A DNA stretch of 43,765 bases, from the IMG/VR virus record IMGVR_UViG_2917865565_000001, positions 1-43,765 of that record; one strand, 5' to 3'. Each line of letters begins with the position of its first letter. Position 1 is the stretch's first letter. The notes below the pieces were generated by a model. The model searched no databases. It saw nothing but the letters and a program-made list of their open reading frames with translations, and was not told the DNA's origin. The translations under genes and the position numbers were made by a program. This DNA comes from a virus (Duplodnaviria > Heunggongvirae > Uroviricota > Caudoviricetes). This document shows, piece after piece, positions 34,596-43,534 of the stretch.

Positions 34596-34638
34596 TCCCG
34601 CATTTCGGCGGGAATGAGGACCATGACTGTTAAAGAGC
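34596..34638 (-). promoter_or_regulatory. nutR (boxA GCTCTTTAACA and boxB hairpin)
   Basis: Minus-strand boxA-like GCTCTTTAACA then hairpin TCCCGC-CGAAAT-GCGGGA just after cro; identical elements in nutL. Confidence 0.6.
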
Positions 34639-34645
34639 AATTTGC

Positions 34646-34831
34646 TTATGCCGCTTTGCGATAAGCACTTTCTTGATACTTCAGGGCGCCAGCTGTAACG
34701 ACTTCCAGTCGATAGGCGTCTTTCTCTGGGATGACTTCCTTCCACTGAGAGACTGCTGCATCGCTAATACCTAACGCTTTAGCTACCGCACGCTGGGTTC
34801 CGAAGTGGTCGATAACATCTTTCTTGTACAT
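34646..34831 (-). CDS. cro: Cro repressor (P22 type)
   Basis: 61 aa, matches P22 Cro as recalled. Confidence 0.85.
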   Translation of the reverse strand: MYKKDVIDHFGTQRAVAKALGISDAAVSQWKEVIPEKDAYRLEVVTAGALKYQESAYRKAA

Positions 34832-34844
34832 AGACTCGCTCCGA

Positions 34845-34911
34845 AATTAAAGAACACTTAAATTATCTATCAAAGGAATCTTAAGTCAAGTTTATTTAAG
34901 ATATCTTAACT
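34845..34911. promoter_or_regulatory. OR operators with divergent PR and PRM
   Basis: Three P22-type half-site pairs (ATTAAAGaacaCTTAAAT; aatCTTAAGT; ATTTAAGATATCTTAAC); PR on minus strand TTGACT, 17 nt, ATAATT. Confidence 0.7.
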
Positions 34912-35562
34912 ATGAATACACAACTGATGGGTGAGCGTATTCGCGCTCGCAGAAAAGAACTCAAGATTAGGCAGGCTGCCCTTGGCAAGATGGTTGGCGT
35001 GTCTAATGTTGCTATTTCCCAATGGGAGCGTTCTGAAACGGAGCCCAATGGCGAAAACCTATTGGCCTTAGCCAAGGCTTTGCAGTGCTCCCCTGATTAC
35101 TTGTTGAAAGGAGAAAATAGTCTTTCAAACATTGCCTATCACAGCAGGCATGATCCAAGAGGTTCGTATCCTCTAATTAGTTGGGTAAGCGCAGGATGTT
35201 GGATGGAAGCTGTAGAGCCATATCATAAGCGTGCAATAGATAACTGGTACGATACAACCGTAGATTGTTCAGAAGATTCGTTTTGGCTGGACGTAAAGGG
35301 TGATTCGATGACGGCTCCAGCCGGTCTCAGCATCCCCGAAGGAATGATAATACTCGTCGATCCTGAAGTAGAACCTCGTAACGGGAAGCTTGTAGTGGCA
35401 AAGCTCGAAGGAGAAAACGAGGCAACTTTCAAGAAGTTAGTTATTGATGCAGGCAGAAAGTTTCTAAAACCACTTAACCCACAATATCCGATGATTGAGA
35501 TCAACGGGAACTGCAAAATCATCGGTGTAGTTGTCGATGCAAAAATAGCAAACCTTCCATAA
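34912..35562 (+). CDS. c2: C2 repressor (P22 type; HTH plus S24 LexA-like domain)
   Basis: 216 aa, matches P22 c2 as recalled. Confidence 0.9.
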   Translation: MNTQLMGERIRARRKELKIRQAALGKMVGVSNVAISQWERSETEPNGENLLALAKALQCSPDYLLKGENSLSNIAYHSRHDPRGSYPLISWVSAGCWMEAVEPYHKRAIDNWYDTTVDCSEDSFWLDVKGDSMTAPAGLSIPEGMIILVDPEVEPRNGKLVVAKLEGENEATFKKLVIDAGRKFLKPLNPQYPMIEINGNCKIIGVVVDAKIANLP

Positions 35563-35585
35563 GGGGCATTCGCCCCTTTTTTCTT
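35563..35585 (+). terminator. rho-independent terminator after c2
   Basis: GGGGC-ATTC-GCCCC hairpin followed by TTTTTT. Confidence 0.7.
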
Positions 35586-35599
35586 TCCTTTAAAAATCA

Positions 35600-35680
35600 A
35601 AGCAAAACTTAAGTCCCACAATAAAATTTAAGTTTTCTTCAAAAACACCCTTGACCATTAATTAAAGAAATCTTAAATTT
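35600..35680 (+). promoter_or_regulatory. OL operators and pL promoter
   Basis: TTGACC at 35652, 17-nt spacer, TAAATT at 35675; overlapping ATTAAAGaaatCTTAAAT operator. Confidence 0.6.
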
Positions 35681-35725
35681 AAGCCATCAGCAGGACACTG
35701 GTAGCCAAACGGAACAGATTGGCAG

Positions 35726-35766
35726 GCTCTTTAACATTGATGGGATTGTCCCGCCGAAATGCGGGA
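35726..35766 (+). promoter_or_regulatory. nutL (boxA and boxB)
   Basis: GCTCTTTAACA then hairpin TCCCGC-CGAAAT-GCGGGA upstream of N-like gene. Confidence 0.6.
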
Positions 35767-35880
35767 ACCAAAGAGTAGTTGGCTTTGGGGTGATGTGAAG
35801 TGCAGCAGCGCGACAGCATCAGGGAGTTAACCTCCCACCCCCCGTCACGTCACCGCTAAAGTCAATCATCGGAGGTCAAC

Positions 35881-36180
35881 ATGACAGTAGTCATTACATA
35901 TCTGGCTGACGATAACGCCAGAAATCGCCGCAGAGCACGCAGACAGGCTCAACGTGAACAGGCAATGAATGAACAGCGACTGGCGCGGAAGATTGCGCTA
36001 AAGCTCTCTGGTTGCGTCAGAGCAGACAAAGCAGCATCACTTGGCAGCCTTCTCTGCAAGAAGGCAGATGAAGTCGAGCGTAAACAGAACCGTATTTACT
36101 ACCGCAAGCCACGCAGCGAAATGGGTGTGACTTGTGTTGGTCGCCAGAAAATGAAATTAGGCAGCAAACCACTTATTTGA
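35881..36180 (+). CDS. N: N-like transcription antiterminator
   Basis: 99 aa; arginine-rich motif NARNRRRARRQAQRE; C-terminus matches lambda/phage-21 N. Confidence 0.8.
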   Translation: MTVVITYLADDNARNRRRARRQAQREQAMNEQRLARKIALKLSGCVRADKAASLGSLLCKKADEVERKQNRIYYRKPRSEMGVTCVGRQKMKLGSKPLI

Positions 36181-36188
36181 GGTGATAT

Positions 36189-36275
36189 ATGGAAGAAGAA
36201 TTTGAAGAGTTCGAAGAGCATCCGCAGGATGTGATGGAACAATACCAGGACTATCCGTATGACTACGACTATTGA
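36189..36275 (+). CDS. 28-aa highly acidic peptide (MEEEFEEFEEHPQDVMEQYQDYPYDYDY), overlaps ral start
   Basis: GAGGTG SD 5 nt upstream of ATG; below ORF-track cutoff; may correspond to lambda orf28. Confidence 0.3.
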   Translation: MEEEFEEFEEHPQDVMEQYQDYPYDYDY

Positions 36276-36459
36276 TAAAAATCAATGGTGTGGACAATTC
36301 AAGCGATGCAATGGATGCAAGCTGCAATCGGAATGCATGGTTAAGCCTGAAGAAATGTTTCCTGTAATGGAGGATGGGAAATATGTCGATAAATGGGCAA
36401 TACGAACTACGGCAATGATTGCCAGAGAACTTGACAAACAGAAAAACAAGGCTGCCTGA
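36259..36459 (+). CDS. ral: restriction alleviation protein Ral
   Basis: 66 aa, matches lambda Ral. Confidence 0.85.
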   Translation: MTTTIDKNQWCGQFKRCNGCKLQSECMVKPEEMFPVMEDGKYVDKWAIRTTAMIARELDKQKNKAA

Positions 36460-36595
36460 TGGTGGCCTTTATTTTTGGCATAAACAACAGAATAAACACT
36501 GCACTGTGTATTCATTCCAACAAGTGAATACACGGAGCAATGTCGCTCGTAACTAAACAGGAGCCGACTTGTTCTGATTATTGGAAATCTTCTTT

Positions 36596-36623
36596 GCCCT
36601 ACAATGTGAGGGCAGTTTTTTTT
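36596..36623 (+). terminator. rho-independent terminator (tL-type) downstream of ral
   Basis: GCCCT-ACAATGTG-AGGGC hairpin followed by T8. Confidence 0.6.
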
Positions 36624-36928
36624 GACGGAGTAAGCGATGATAAAAAACTGATTACCCTGCAGAACTTAAACAAAAAGTAATAACAGCAATTAAATGCTCT
36701 TTTATCTCATGTCGTACAGATGAAGAACGATATGTCGTTGAGTGTGCAATTGTCGAGTTTCTCACAGCGATGGAATTTACCGCCGCAGAATCAATAGACG
36801 TATTAAAGCAATCAGACGGAAATGATATTGAAACAGATGATGTTATTGACCGACTAATAAAATCATTCGAAGAAGAAATAGAGTAACTGCCAAGCGCAGC
36901 TTTAACACCTGCCAATGACGGAGGAATT

Positions 36929-37345
36929 ATGGAAATTACAGATATCCTGGTTAATCCAGATAATTACGACCAATTCAATATCTCTACTCAATCAGTTGAT
37001 TTGGGATGTGCAACTGTCAGCGCATGGCTACTTAATGGTAAACAGTTGGATAAATGCCTTGATGCACATATGACGGTTAACAGCTTCCTTGCAGAAAAGA
37101 CACACTGGCAAGATGCTGGAGGGAAATATGCTGGATGGCTTGAAAGCATGGGATTTGAATATCAATCTGATGAAGGTTGGTGGAGCCTTATAGCTGTAAC
37201 GCCTGAGACAATAGAATGCTTCGTTAAATACTCAAACGACGATGACTATAAACACCAGGTGGATTCTGCGATAGAAAGATACAAAAGAAAATCGTTCAAC
37301 CACGAAATATCATCAGTTCTTGATTTCATAGAAATCTTCAAATAA
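36929..37345 (+). CDS. hypothetical acidic protein at the sieB-equivalent position
   Basis: 138-aa ORF with GGAGG-like RBS (gacggaggaattATG). Confidence 0.5.
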   Translation: MEITDILVNPDNYDQFNISTQSVDLGCATVSAWLLNGKQLDKCLDAHMTVNSFLAEKTHWQDAGGKYAGWLESMGFEYQSDEGWWSLIAVTPETIECFVKYSNDDDYKHQVDSAIERYKRKSFNHEISSVLDFIEIFK

Positions 37346-37428
37346 GCCGCCAAACGCGGCTTTACCGCATACCAATAACGCTTCACTCGAGGCGTTTTCG
37401 TTATGCAATCAAACAGAAGGAGTTACCC

Positions 37429-37563
37429 ATGATGCACTTTCAGCTCGCGGGTAGCGGCGTCATGTCCGCTTTCTACCCGCACGAATCTGAATTATCACGC
37501 CGAGTTAAACAATTAATCAGAGCAGCAAAGAAACAACTGGAGGCCTTATGCGCAATGAAATAG
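37429..37563 (+). CDS. cIII: CIII-like protein (putative FtsH inhibitor)
   Basis: 44 aa; AAGGAG RBS; MMHFQLAGSG…HESELSRRVKQLIRAAKKQL resembles lambda CIII amphipathic region. Confidence 0.55.
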   Translation: MMHFQLAGSGVMSAFYPHESELSRRVKQLIRAAKKQLEALCAMK

Positions 37564-37954
37564 CCATTAATCACCAGATGCTTCGTGCTGCACAAAACAA
37601 AGCAGTAATAGCCCGATTTATTGGTGATTCAAAAATGTGGCTTGAAGCAAATAAAGCGATGAAATCAGCTATCAACCTTCCATGGTATCGCAGGAAATGA
37701 GTTTTACAGATAACTGGTCAGACGAAGAATTCATTCGTCAGATGAAAGAATTAATCGGTAACGAAGGAGATATGCATGTCACTTGCAACCACTGTGAAGG
37801 AGAGCAAGTTACAGAGACGCATGTACACGCAGAAAGCTCTCTGGTATCGCCATAATGGTGACCGCGAAGGAATGCGGGTATGCCTTAATTTGTCCAGAGT
37901 CGAAGTATTAAACCAGCGTTATTTCCTTGGGCCATGTCCATTCTGAGGTGAATT

Positions 37955-38662
37955 ATGGATTTGAATAAATTCGATGAGCCATTCAGCCCTGAAGATATCG
38001 AATGGCGAATACAGCAAAGCGGTAAAACACGCGATGGCAAAGTGTGGGCTATGGTGCTGGCTTATGTCACGAACCGGGCAATCATGAAACGCCTTGACGA
38101 TGTTTGTGGCAAAGCAGGATGGCGCAATGAATACCGCGATATTCCCAACAACGGCGGCGTTGAATGCGGCATATCAATCAGGATTGATTCCGAATGGGTA
38201 ACCAAATGGGATGCTGCTGAAAACACGCAGGTAGAAGCCGTCAAAGGTGGTCGTTCCGGTGCAATGAAGCGCGCTGCCGTTCAATGGGGAATCGGTCGGT
38301 ATCTGTATAACCTTGAGGAAGGTTTCGCACAAACATCTCTCGATAAAAAGCAGGGATGGCACAGGGCAAAACTGAAGGATGGAACAGGATTTTACTGGCT
38401 CCCTCCATCGCTGCCGGGATGGGCAATCCAAGCATCAGATAACAAACCATCACCAGAAAATACCAACCAGAAATCTCCATCGGTTGACTGCGAACAAATC
38501 CTGAAAGACTTCAGCGATTATGCATCAACAGAAACTGACAAGAAAAAACTCATCGAGCGTTATCAGCGTGACTGGCAATTAATGGCTGGCAACGAGGAGG
38601 CGCAGGCTAAATGCGTTCAGGTAATGAACATCAGAGTTAACGAACTAAAACAGGCGGCATAA
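37955..38662 (+). CDS. putative single-strand annealing recombinase (Rad52/Sak-like)
   Basis: 235 aa directly upstream of ssb; motif …AVQWGIGRYLYNLEEG…. Confidence 0.5.
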   Translation: MDLNKFDEPFSPEDIEWRIQQSGKTRDGKVWAMVLAYVTNRAIMKRLDDVCGKAGWRNEYRDIPNNGGVECGISIRIDSEWVTKWDAAENTQVEAVKGGRSGAMKRAAVQWGIGRYLYNLEEGFAQTSLDKKQGWHRAKLKDGTGFYWLPPSLPGWAIQASDNKPSPENTNQKSPSVDCEQILKDFSDYASTETDKKKLIERYQRDWQLMAGNEEAQAKCVQVMNIRVNELKQAA

Positions 38663-39169
38663 ATGGCAAGCAGAGGCGTAAATAAGGTGATTATCCTTGG
38701 TCGGGTAGGACAAGACCCGGAAGTTCGATACTCACCATCAGGAACAGCGTTCGCTAACCTGACAATAGCCACGTCAGAACAATGGCGAGATAAAAATACT
38801 GGCGAGCAAAAGGAATTGACTGAATGGCATCGTGTTGCTGTATCCGGGAAACTGGCTGAGGTCGTGGGGCAGTATGTGAAAAAAGGTGATCAGATTTATT
38901 TCGAGGGAATGCTGAGAACCAGAAAGTGGAAAGACCAGTCAGGGCAAGACCGTTACACAACCGAGGTTCATGTCGGAATTAATGGCGTGATGCAAATGCT
39001 TGGCGGCATTGGCGACAGCAAACAACAAGCAGCCAGCAGGCAATCACAGAAGCCACAGCAGCAATCATCACCAGCACAACACAACGAACCTCCGATGGAT
39101 TTTGACGACGATATACCCTTTGCACCAGTAACTCTCCCCTTCCCTCGTCACGCTATTCACGCAATTTAA
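38663..39169 (+). CDS. ssb: single-stranded DNA-binding protein with C-terminal extension
   Basis: OB-fold N-terminus, Gln-rich linker, MDFDDDIPF tip followed by 15 extra residues [15 protein letters not shown]. Confidence 0.85.
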   Translation: MASRGVNKVIILGRVGQDPEVRYSPSGTAFANLTIATSEQWRDKNTGEQKELTEWHRVAVSGKLAEVVGQYVKKGDQIYFEGMLRTRKWKDQSGQDRYTTEVHVGINGVMQMLGGIGDSKQQAASRQSQKPQQQSSPAQHNEPPMDFDDDIPFAPVTLPFPRHAIHAI

Positions 39170-39182
39170 TCAGGAGAAAATC

Positions 39183-39476
39183 ATGCCAGCGCCTCTGTAT
39201 GGTGCGGATGACGTGCGCCGCTGTTCCGGCAATTCCGTATCGGAGGTGCTGGATAAATTCAGGAAAAACTACGACCGGATAATGTCGCTACCGCAGGAAA
39301 CGAAAGAGGAAAAGGAATTTCGCCATTGTATATGGCTTGCAGAGAAAGAAGAACGCGAGCGAATTTACCAGACATCAATCCGACCATTCCGCAAAGCCAC
39401 ATATACCCACTTCCCTGAAATTGACCCGCGCCTGCGTAATTACCGCTCACGCTATGGCGCTATCAGTAATGACTGA
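39183..39476 (+). CDS. hypothetical protein
   Basis: 97-aa ORF with AGGAGA RBS. Confidence 0.45.
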   Translation: MPAPLYGADDVRRCSGNSVSEVLDKFRKNYDRIMSLPQETKEEKEFRHCIWLAEKEERERIYQTSIRPFRKATYTHFPEIDPRLRNYRSRYGAISND

Positions 39477-39629
39477 GGAATTTACCATGAGAGGACTTGC
39501 ATACAATCCCGGCATTCTTCCGGCAGAAATGATTATTCGCCAACGCGTAAAGCCAATGCCATCGAGAGAGGAATTACTTAAGAGAAATTCTTTTCCATCA
39601 GTAAATCAAAACAAATATCTGAATGCGAT

Positions 39630-40109
39630 GTGGCGGAGTGGGAAGAAATGAAACAAATGTCACTAATTGAGATGGATGGATTTCTGAAAGGTAAATGCAT
39701 CCCAAGTGATTTAAAGGTTAACGAAACAAACGCTGAATATCTGGTGCGTAAATTTGCTGAAGCGGAGGCCAAGTGCGCGGCGCTGGCGGCGGAGAATGCG
39801 GGGCTGAAGTCTGGCGCTATGGACGAAATCGAGGTTATCAACCGTGGAGGGCAGGCATATTGCGTAAAAGATGGAGTGCAAGTTAATCCCATGTATGCAA
39901 GAGGGTGGAATGACTATCGCGCAAAGTCTCTGCAATCAAACACTCCAGCCACTGATGCTTTCCTGACTGAAATTGAACGCAAAGCAATCCGCAAGTTCAT
40001 TAATAGCATTGAACACATCCTGCGTGACAACTTGTCACCGTATGACACCGAAGAGATGCTTGAGGCTATGCGTATTTTTCTGGAAGAACAGGGAGGTGAG
40101 CAAAAATGA
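39630..40109 (+). CDS. hypothetical protein
   Basis: 159-aa ORF; start could be Met at 39645. Confidence 0.45.
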   Translation: MAEWEEMKQMSLIEMDGFLKGKCIPSDLKVNETNAEYLVRKFAEAEAKCAALAAENAGLKSGAMDEIEVINRGGQAYCVKDGVQVNPMYARGWNDYRAKSLQSNTPATDAFLTEIERKAIRKFINSIEHILRDNLSPYDTEEMLEAMRIFLEEQGGEQK

Positions 40110-40420
40110 CAATCACAAAACAACGAGTAGAAAAAATCATATATCGCCATGAAATGGGACTGAACAGCGATGTCACTGCCGAAGAGGTTTATGACCTGGC
40201 TGTACTGGTGCTGAATTTATCAAATATCGCAAACCTGAAGCGATACGAGCTTGATATGGATGGTTGTGACTCGCGCGGTCAGGATTGTGGCGCTGACATG
40301 ACTGAAGATTCTGATGGCGATTATGTCCTGTTTGATGACGTGGTTAAGTTGTTTGAGTTTGATACAACCACTCAGAAGCTAGAAAGCCCAGCAAAGGAGG
40401 CAGCCAGTGAGCGAGATTGA
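40106..40420 (+). CDS. hypothetical acidic protein
   Basis: 104-aa ORF, start overlaps upstream stop. Confidence 0.45.
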   Translation: MTITKQRVEKIIYRHEMGLNSDVTAEEVYDLAVLVLNLSNIANLKRYELDMDGCDSRGQDCGADMTEDSDGDYVLFDDVVKLFEFDTTTQKLESPAKEAASERD

Positions 40421-40961
40421 CTATCAGGCACTGCGTGAGGCGGCGCAGAACGCGAAAGATTTAGGTGGGATTAAGAATTACAAGCGAGGCGAGCAAGCTG
40501 TTGCCGAATTTGAGTCCCTGACAACGCCACACATTGTGCTGGCGCTTCTGGATGAACGGGAAAGAAACCAGCAATACATCAAACACCGCGATCAGGAGAA
40601 TGAGGATATTGCGCTAACGGTAGGGAAGCTGCGCGTTGAGCTGGAAGGCAAAGACAAGCTGATTGCAGAGCTTAGAAAACAATGCGCTGAATGGGAGCGA
40701 AAGGCATTTAGCAACTTTGAAGAGTGCGCTGCGATGGCTGATCGTATCGAATATATGAGTAAGCAAAGTTGCGAAGCTCGGGAGCGTGATTTGTTTGAAT
40801 CATGGGTAATGCATTCAATTTGTATCTCCAAATCGACGCTTGAAGGATTGCGTACCGAAACTGGATACCGTAACGCAACCTTATCAGGCACAGACTTCAA
40901 CCGAATGTGGGAACAATGGAAATCTATCCGCGCCGCTGGCATTCGCATCAAAGGAGAGTGA
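40407..40961 (+). CDS. ea22: Ea22-like protein
   Basis: MSEI..QALREAA…VLxLLDERERNQQYIK.RDQENEDIALTVGKLRVELE…AGIRIKGE matches lambda Ea22 ends. Confidence 0.6.
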   Translation: MSEIDYQALREAAQNAKDLGGIKNYKRGEQAVAEFESLTTPHIVLALLDERERNQQYIKHRDQENEDIALTVGKLRVELEGKDKLIAELRKQCAEWERKAFSNFEECAAMADRIEYMSKQSCEARERDLFESWVMHSICISKSTLEGLRTETGYRNATLSGTDFNRMWEQWKSIRAAGIRIKGE

Positions 40962-40962
40962 T

Positions 40963-41151
40963 ATGTCACTGACAGTGAGGCAGTTAATCAGCAAGCTCAG
41001 AAAAATGCCTCCTGAGGCTGTCGTGGTCTGGCAGGGCTATGACCAATCAGAGGGTGACTATAACGATTTCGTAGTCCATGTCGCTGATATTACAGATGAA
41101 AATTCATCATCCTTTGACCCGGAAGTGCGCGTTGTGGCACTTAGAGGATAA
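40963..41151 (+). CDS. hypothetical small protein
   Basis: 62 aa from ATG with AAGGAGAG RBS; track ORF extends upstream in frame. Confidence 0.4.
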   Translation: MSLTVRQLISKLRKMPPEAVVVWQGYDQSEGDYNDFVVHVADITDENSSSFDPEVRVVALRG

Positions 41152-41154
41152 CCT

Positions 41155-41436
41155 ATGAACACTTTTACAGACAAAGAACTGATTAAAGAAATCAAAGAGC
41201 GAATCGGTAGCCTGGACGTTAGAGACAATATTGAGCGCCGTGCTTATGAAATTGCGCTGGCATCGCTGGGAGCAGAGCCTGTGGCATATCAGTATCGCCA
41301 GTGGGATGCAGAAAATGATGAATGGGGGGAATGGGAAGATTGCGGGGAATGTGCTTTCGAATGGTTTGCCGAGGGAGAGAAACGCCTTGGGGAAGGCGTT
41401 CAGACCCGTAAGCTATACGCCGCGCCGCCATGCTAA
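41155..41436 (+). CDS. hypothetical protein
   Basis: 93-aa ORF, Trp/Glu-rich. Confidence 0.45.
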   Translation: MNTFTDKELIKEIKERIGSLDVRDNIERRAYEIALASLGAEPVAYQYRQWDAENDEWGEWEDCGECAFEWFAEGEKRLGEGVQTRKLYAAPPC

Positions 41437-41451
41437 ACAAGGAGATGAACA

Positions 41452-42354
41452 ATGGATAATCGATATGAAATAGCAGAACAAAATGGCATGAGCCTAGAGT
41501 TCGCTGACTGGTTCTTTGATAACAAAAAAGATGGCTGTGGAAACACCTGGTTCGTGATGATGGCTGCCATGTGGGAAGGCTGGAAAGGCCGGGCAGAACC
41601 GCCAGTGCCGGATAAAATCGCGCAAGCAATTGAAAATCTCAAGCAGAAGTTAGTGGAATGCAATCGCTATAACTACTGCGCAGATGCAGTTAAAGGTGTT
41701 GAGGATGCCAGCCGCGTCTTGGCACTCCAAAATCAAAATATGTCAGCGCCGATAACGCCGGAGGCCATTGAAAACGCAATTGAATACATCCGCAGTATCG
41801 CTTTTCACATCGATGAAGACGATTACCACGGCAAACATATTGCGTATTTCATGCGACAAGCATTGGCCTGGCTGGAAGGGCATTCATGCAGCGATGACAG
41901 ACAAGGTAAAGCCGACAATCAACCAGCATCTGGTAACCAGGTCGCCGAATTCAATAACGGTAATGAGTGGACTGGCAATCCTGATATTGATAACGCAATC
42001 ATCATGCTCGACCGCGTAGATACGGCGGAACGTTGCGATGATGACCGTATTGAGGCTGTTAAGGCTGTGTTGCGTAAACTGGCTGGCAACTCTCCGGTAA
42101 CTCCGGATGGTTGGGTCATGGTGCCGAAGAGACTAACTATTGAGAACGGCGCTAAAGGTGCACTTTCTGGTGAGTTTTCAGAAACAGTATTCACTAACTG
42201 CCCGGAATGTTTTGGTGATGATGATTGCGAAACTTGTGACTGCAGCGGGAGAATCGAAATCAAGGTTCCAGTCAGTTGGACAACTATCAAAACTATTTGG
42301 GCTAAAGGGGGTGAGCACTTTTCAATAGTAGCACCGCAGCAAGATGGGGGATGA
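41452..42354 (+). CDS. hypothetical 300-aa protein with C-terminal Cys cluster
   Basis: AAGGAGATGAACA RBS; C-terminal CPECFGDDDCETCDCSG zinc-ribbon-like motif. Confidence 0.5.
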   Translation: MDNRYEIAEQNGMSLEFADWFFDNKKDGCGNTWFVMMAAMWEGWKGRAEPPVPDKIAQAIENLKQKLVECNRYNYCADAVKGVEDASRVLALQNQNMSAPITPEAIENAIEYIRSIAFHIDEDDYHGKHIAYFMRQALAWLEGHSCSDDRQGKADNQPASGNQVAEFNNGNEWTGNPDIDNAIIMLDRVDTAERCDDDRIEAVKAVLRKLAGNSPVTPDGWVMVPKRLTIENGAKGALSGEFSETVFTNCPECFGDDDCETCDCSGRIEIKVPVSWTTIKTIWAKGGEHFSIVAPQQDGG

Positions 42355-42478
42355 AAACAAGCCTTTATAACTTAAAGGCATAAAAAAAATCGCTCATAGA
42401 CCAAAAGGAATCTACGTCAAATATTACTATATTTCAATGTGTTATAATGATCCCGTCCATAAAATGGGGAGACAAAAA

Positions 42479-42721
42479 ATGTTCAAACGCTGCATCACCA
42501 AGTGTGGAAGTACACCTGACATCCACGCTTTTATTAATGAAGATGGTAAGCTTGTTGTTGAGAGGAGTGGTCCTTTTATTAGCAAACAACTTATCATTAC
42601 CTTTCCAGCGGAGATGGCCGGGGAATGGATAGTTTCTGAACCAGAGGAGTGGCACATCCCTCTTCCTTATGGCCCTCAGGGACTGATTTATAACCGTTAT
42701 GTTCAGAAGGAGGCGGGTTGA
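42479..42721 (+). CDS. hypothetical protein with own promoter
   Basis: 81 aa from ATG preceded by GGGGAG; extended -10 TGtTATAAT about 30 nt upstream. Confidence 0.4.
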   Translation: MFKRCITKCGSTPDIHAFINEDGKLVVERSGPFISKQLIITFPAEMAGEWIVSEPEEWHIPLPYGPQGLIYNRYVQKEAG

Positions 42722-43031
42722 CAATGCCAGGCATAACATCGCCGAGCAATCGAAAGAAAAACAGAACAAGGTAAACGTTGACCTTGCAGCATCAGGCGTG
42801 GCGTACAGAGAGCGCCTTAACATACCTGTTATCACTGAGCAGGTAGCACGAGAGCAACCTGAGCACTCACGCGAGTATTTCATGGAGCGCGTCAGATACT
42901 ATCGCGAGCAGTCGTTAAACCTGCCCAAGGGAAGCAACCATGGTATATCGAGATGGATGAACAGAACGCCAAGAAGTAAGCGCAATTTGAACGAATGCGA
43001 ACCCGCCGAGTGCGGGTTTTCTTTTATCTGA
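42699..43031 (+). CDS. hypothetical basic protein
   Basis: 110-aa ORF; 3' end overlaps a terminator-like hairpin, so coding status uncertain. Confidence 0.35.
   Translation: MFRRRRVDNARHNIAEQSKEKQNKVNVDLAASGVAYRERLNIPVITEQVAREQPEHSREYFMERVRYYREQSLNLPKGSNHGISRWMNRTPRSKRNLNECEPAECGFSFI
43000..43024 (+). terminator. rho-independent terminator-like hairpin
   Basis: CCCGC-CGAGT-GCGGG followed by TTTTCTTTTAT. Confidence 0.45.
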
Positions 43032-43068
43032 ACTCGCTACGGCGGGTTTTGTTTTATGGAGACAAGAA

Positions 43069-43413
43069 ATGTCAGATTTGGCTATGAAGGTTTTGAAATG
43101 GCAATCGACTGGCGATGTCGGCATCAGTAGCGCAACTCTTGCCTCAATCGCATGTGGACTGAAAAAGAATATCTATGGTCATCACTTCGGCGCTCCACAT
43201 GACGCAGCCGATTTCCGACGATGCGTTGCACTTGTTGAGCAGATTCCAGAAATCAGAGATTCATTCGACAAGGTTGCAAAGCGCGTTCCGGCATTCAAAG
43301 GCATCCTCAACGAATGGGATTCCCTCGTTGCTCTGTTGAAGTCTGAAATGAAGATACACGGAAACAAAGCACCAGAGACTTACAGAAGAATCAGAGAACT
43401 ACGCAAGGACTAA
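43069..43413 (+). CDS. hypothetical protein
   Basis: 114-aa ORF with GGAGA RBS. Confidence 0.45.
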   Translation: MSDLAMKVLKWQSTGDVGISSATLASIACGLKKNIYGHHFGAPHDAADFRRCVALVEQIPEIRDSFDKVAKRVPAFKGILNEWDSLVALLKSEMKIHGNKAPETYRRIRELRKD

Positions 43414-43534
43414 CTATGGAATCATACAGCCTCACACTCGATGAGGCCTGACAGTTTCTCAAGATCGCCAGATCTACCGCAACCGACAATAACCGCCACT
43501 GAACGGTTTATTTCTTTATGGAGAAACCATACAA

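Noticed and set aside
34538-34624. N-terminal 29 codons of the 121-aa cII-like ORF in the track
   Set aside because: This stretch is the nutR boxA/boxB region; an internal ATG with AAGGAA RBS gives a 92-aa product
36642-36886. Plus-strand acidic reading frame ending …DDVIDRLIKSFEEEIE
   Set aside because: Open frame lacks a start codon until a late ATG giving only 38 aa with a weak RBS; not called
36652-36915. 87-aa minus-strand ORF
   Set aside because: Ser-rich low-complexity translation, antisense to the pL operon, no RBS
42361-42390. Hairpin GCCTTTA-TAACT-TAAAGGC after the 300-aa gene
   Set aside because: Followed by an A-run rather than a T-run on the plus strand, so not a canonical intrinsic terminator in either direction
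42434-42883. 149-aa minus-strand ORF
   Set aside because: Antisense to two plus-strand genes with RBS and promoter signals; lies in the pL operon orientation conflict
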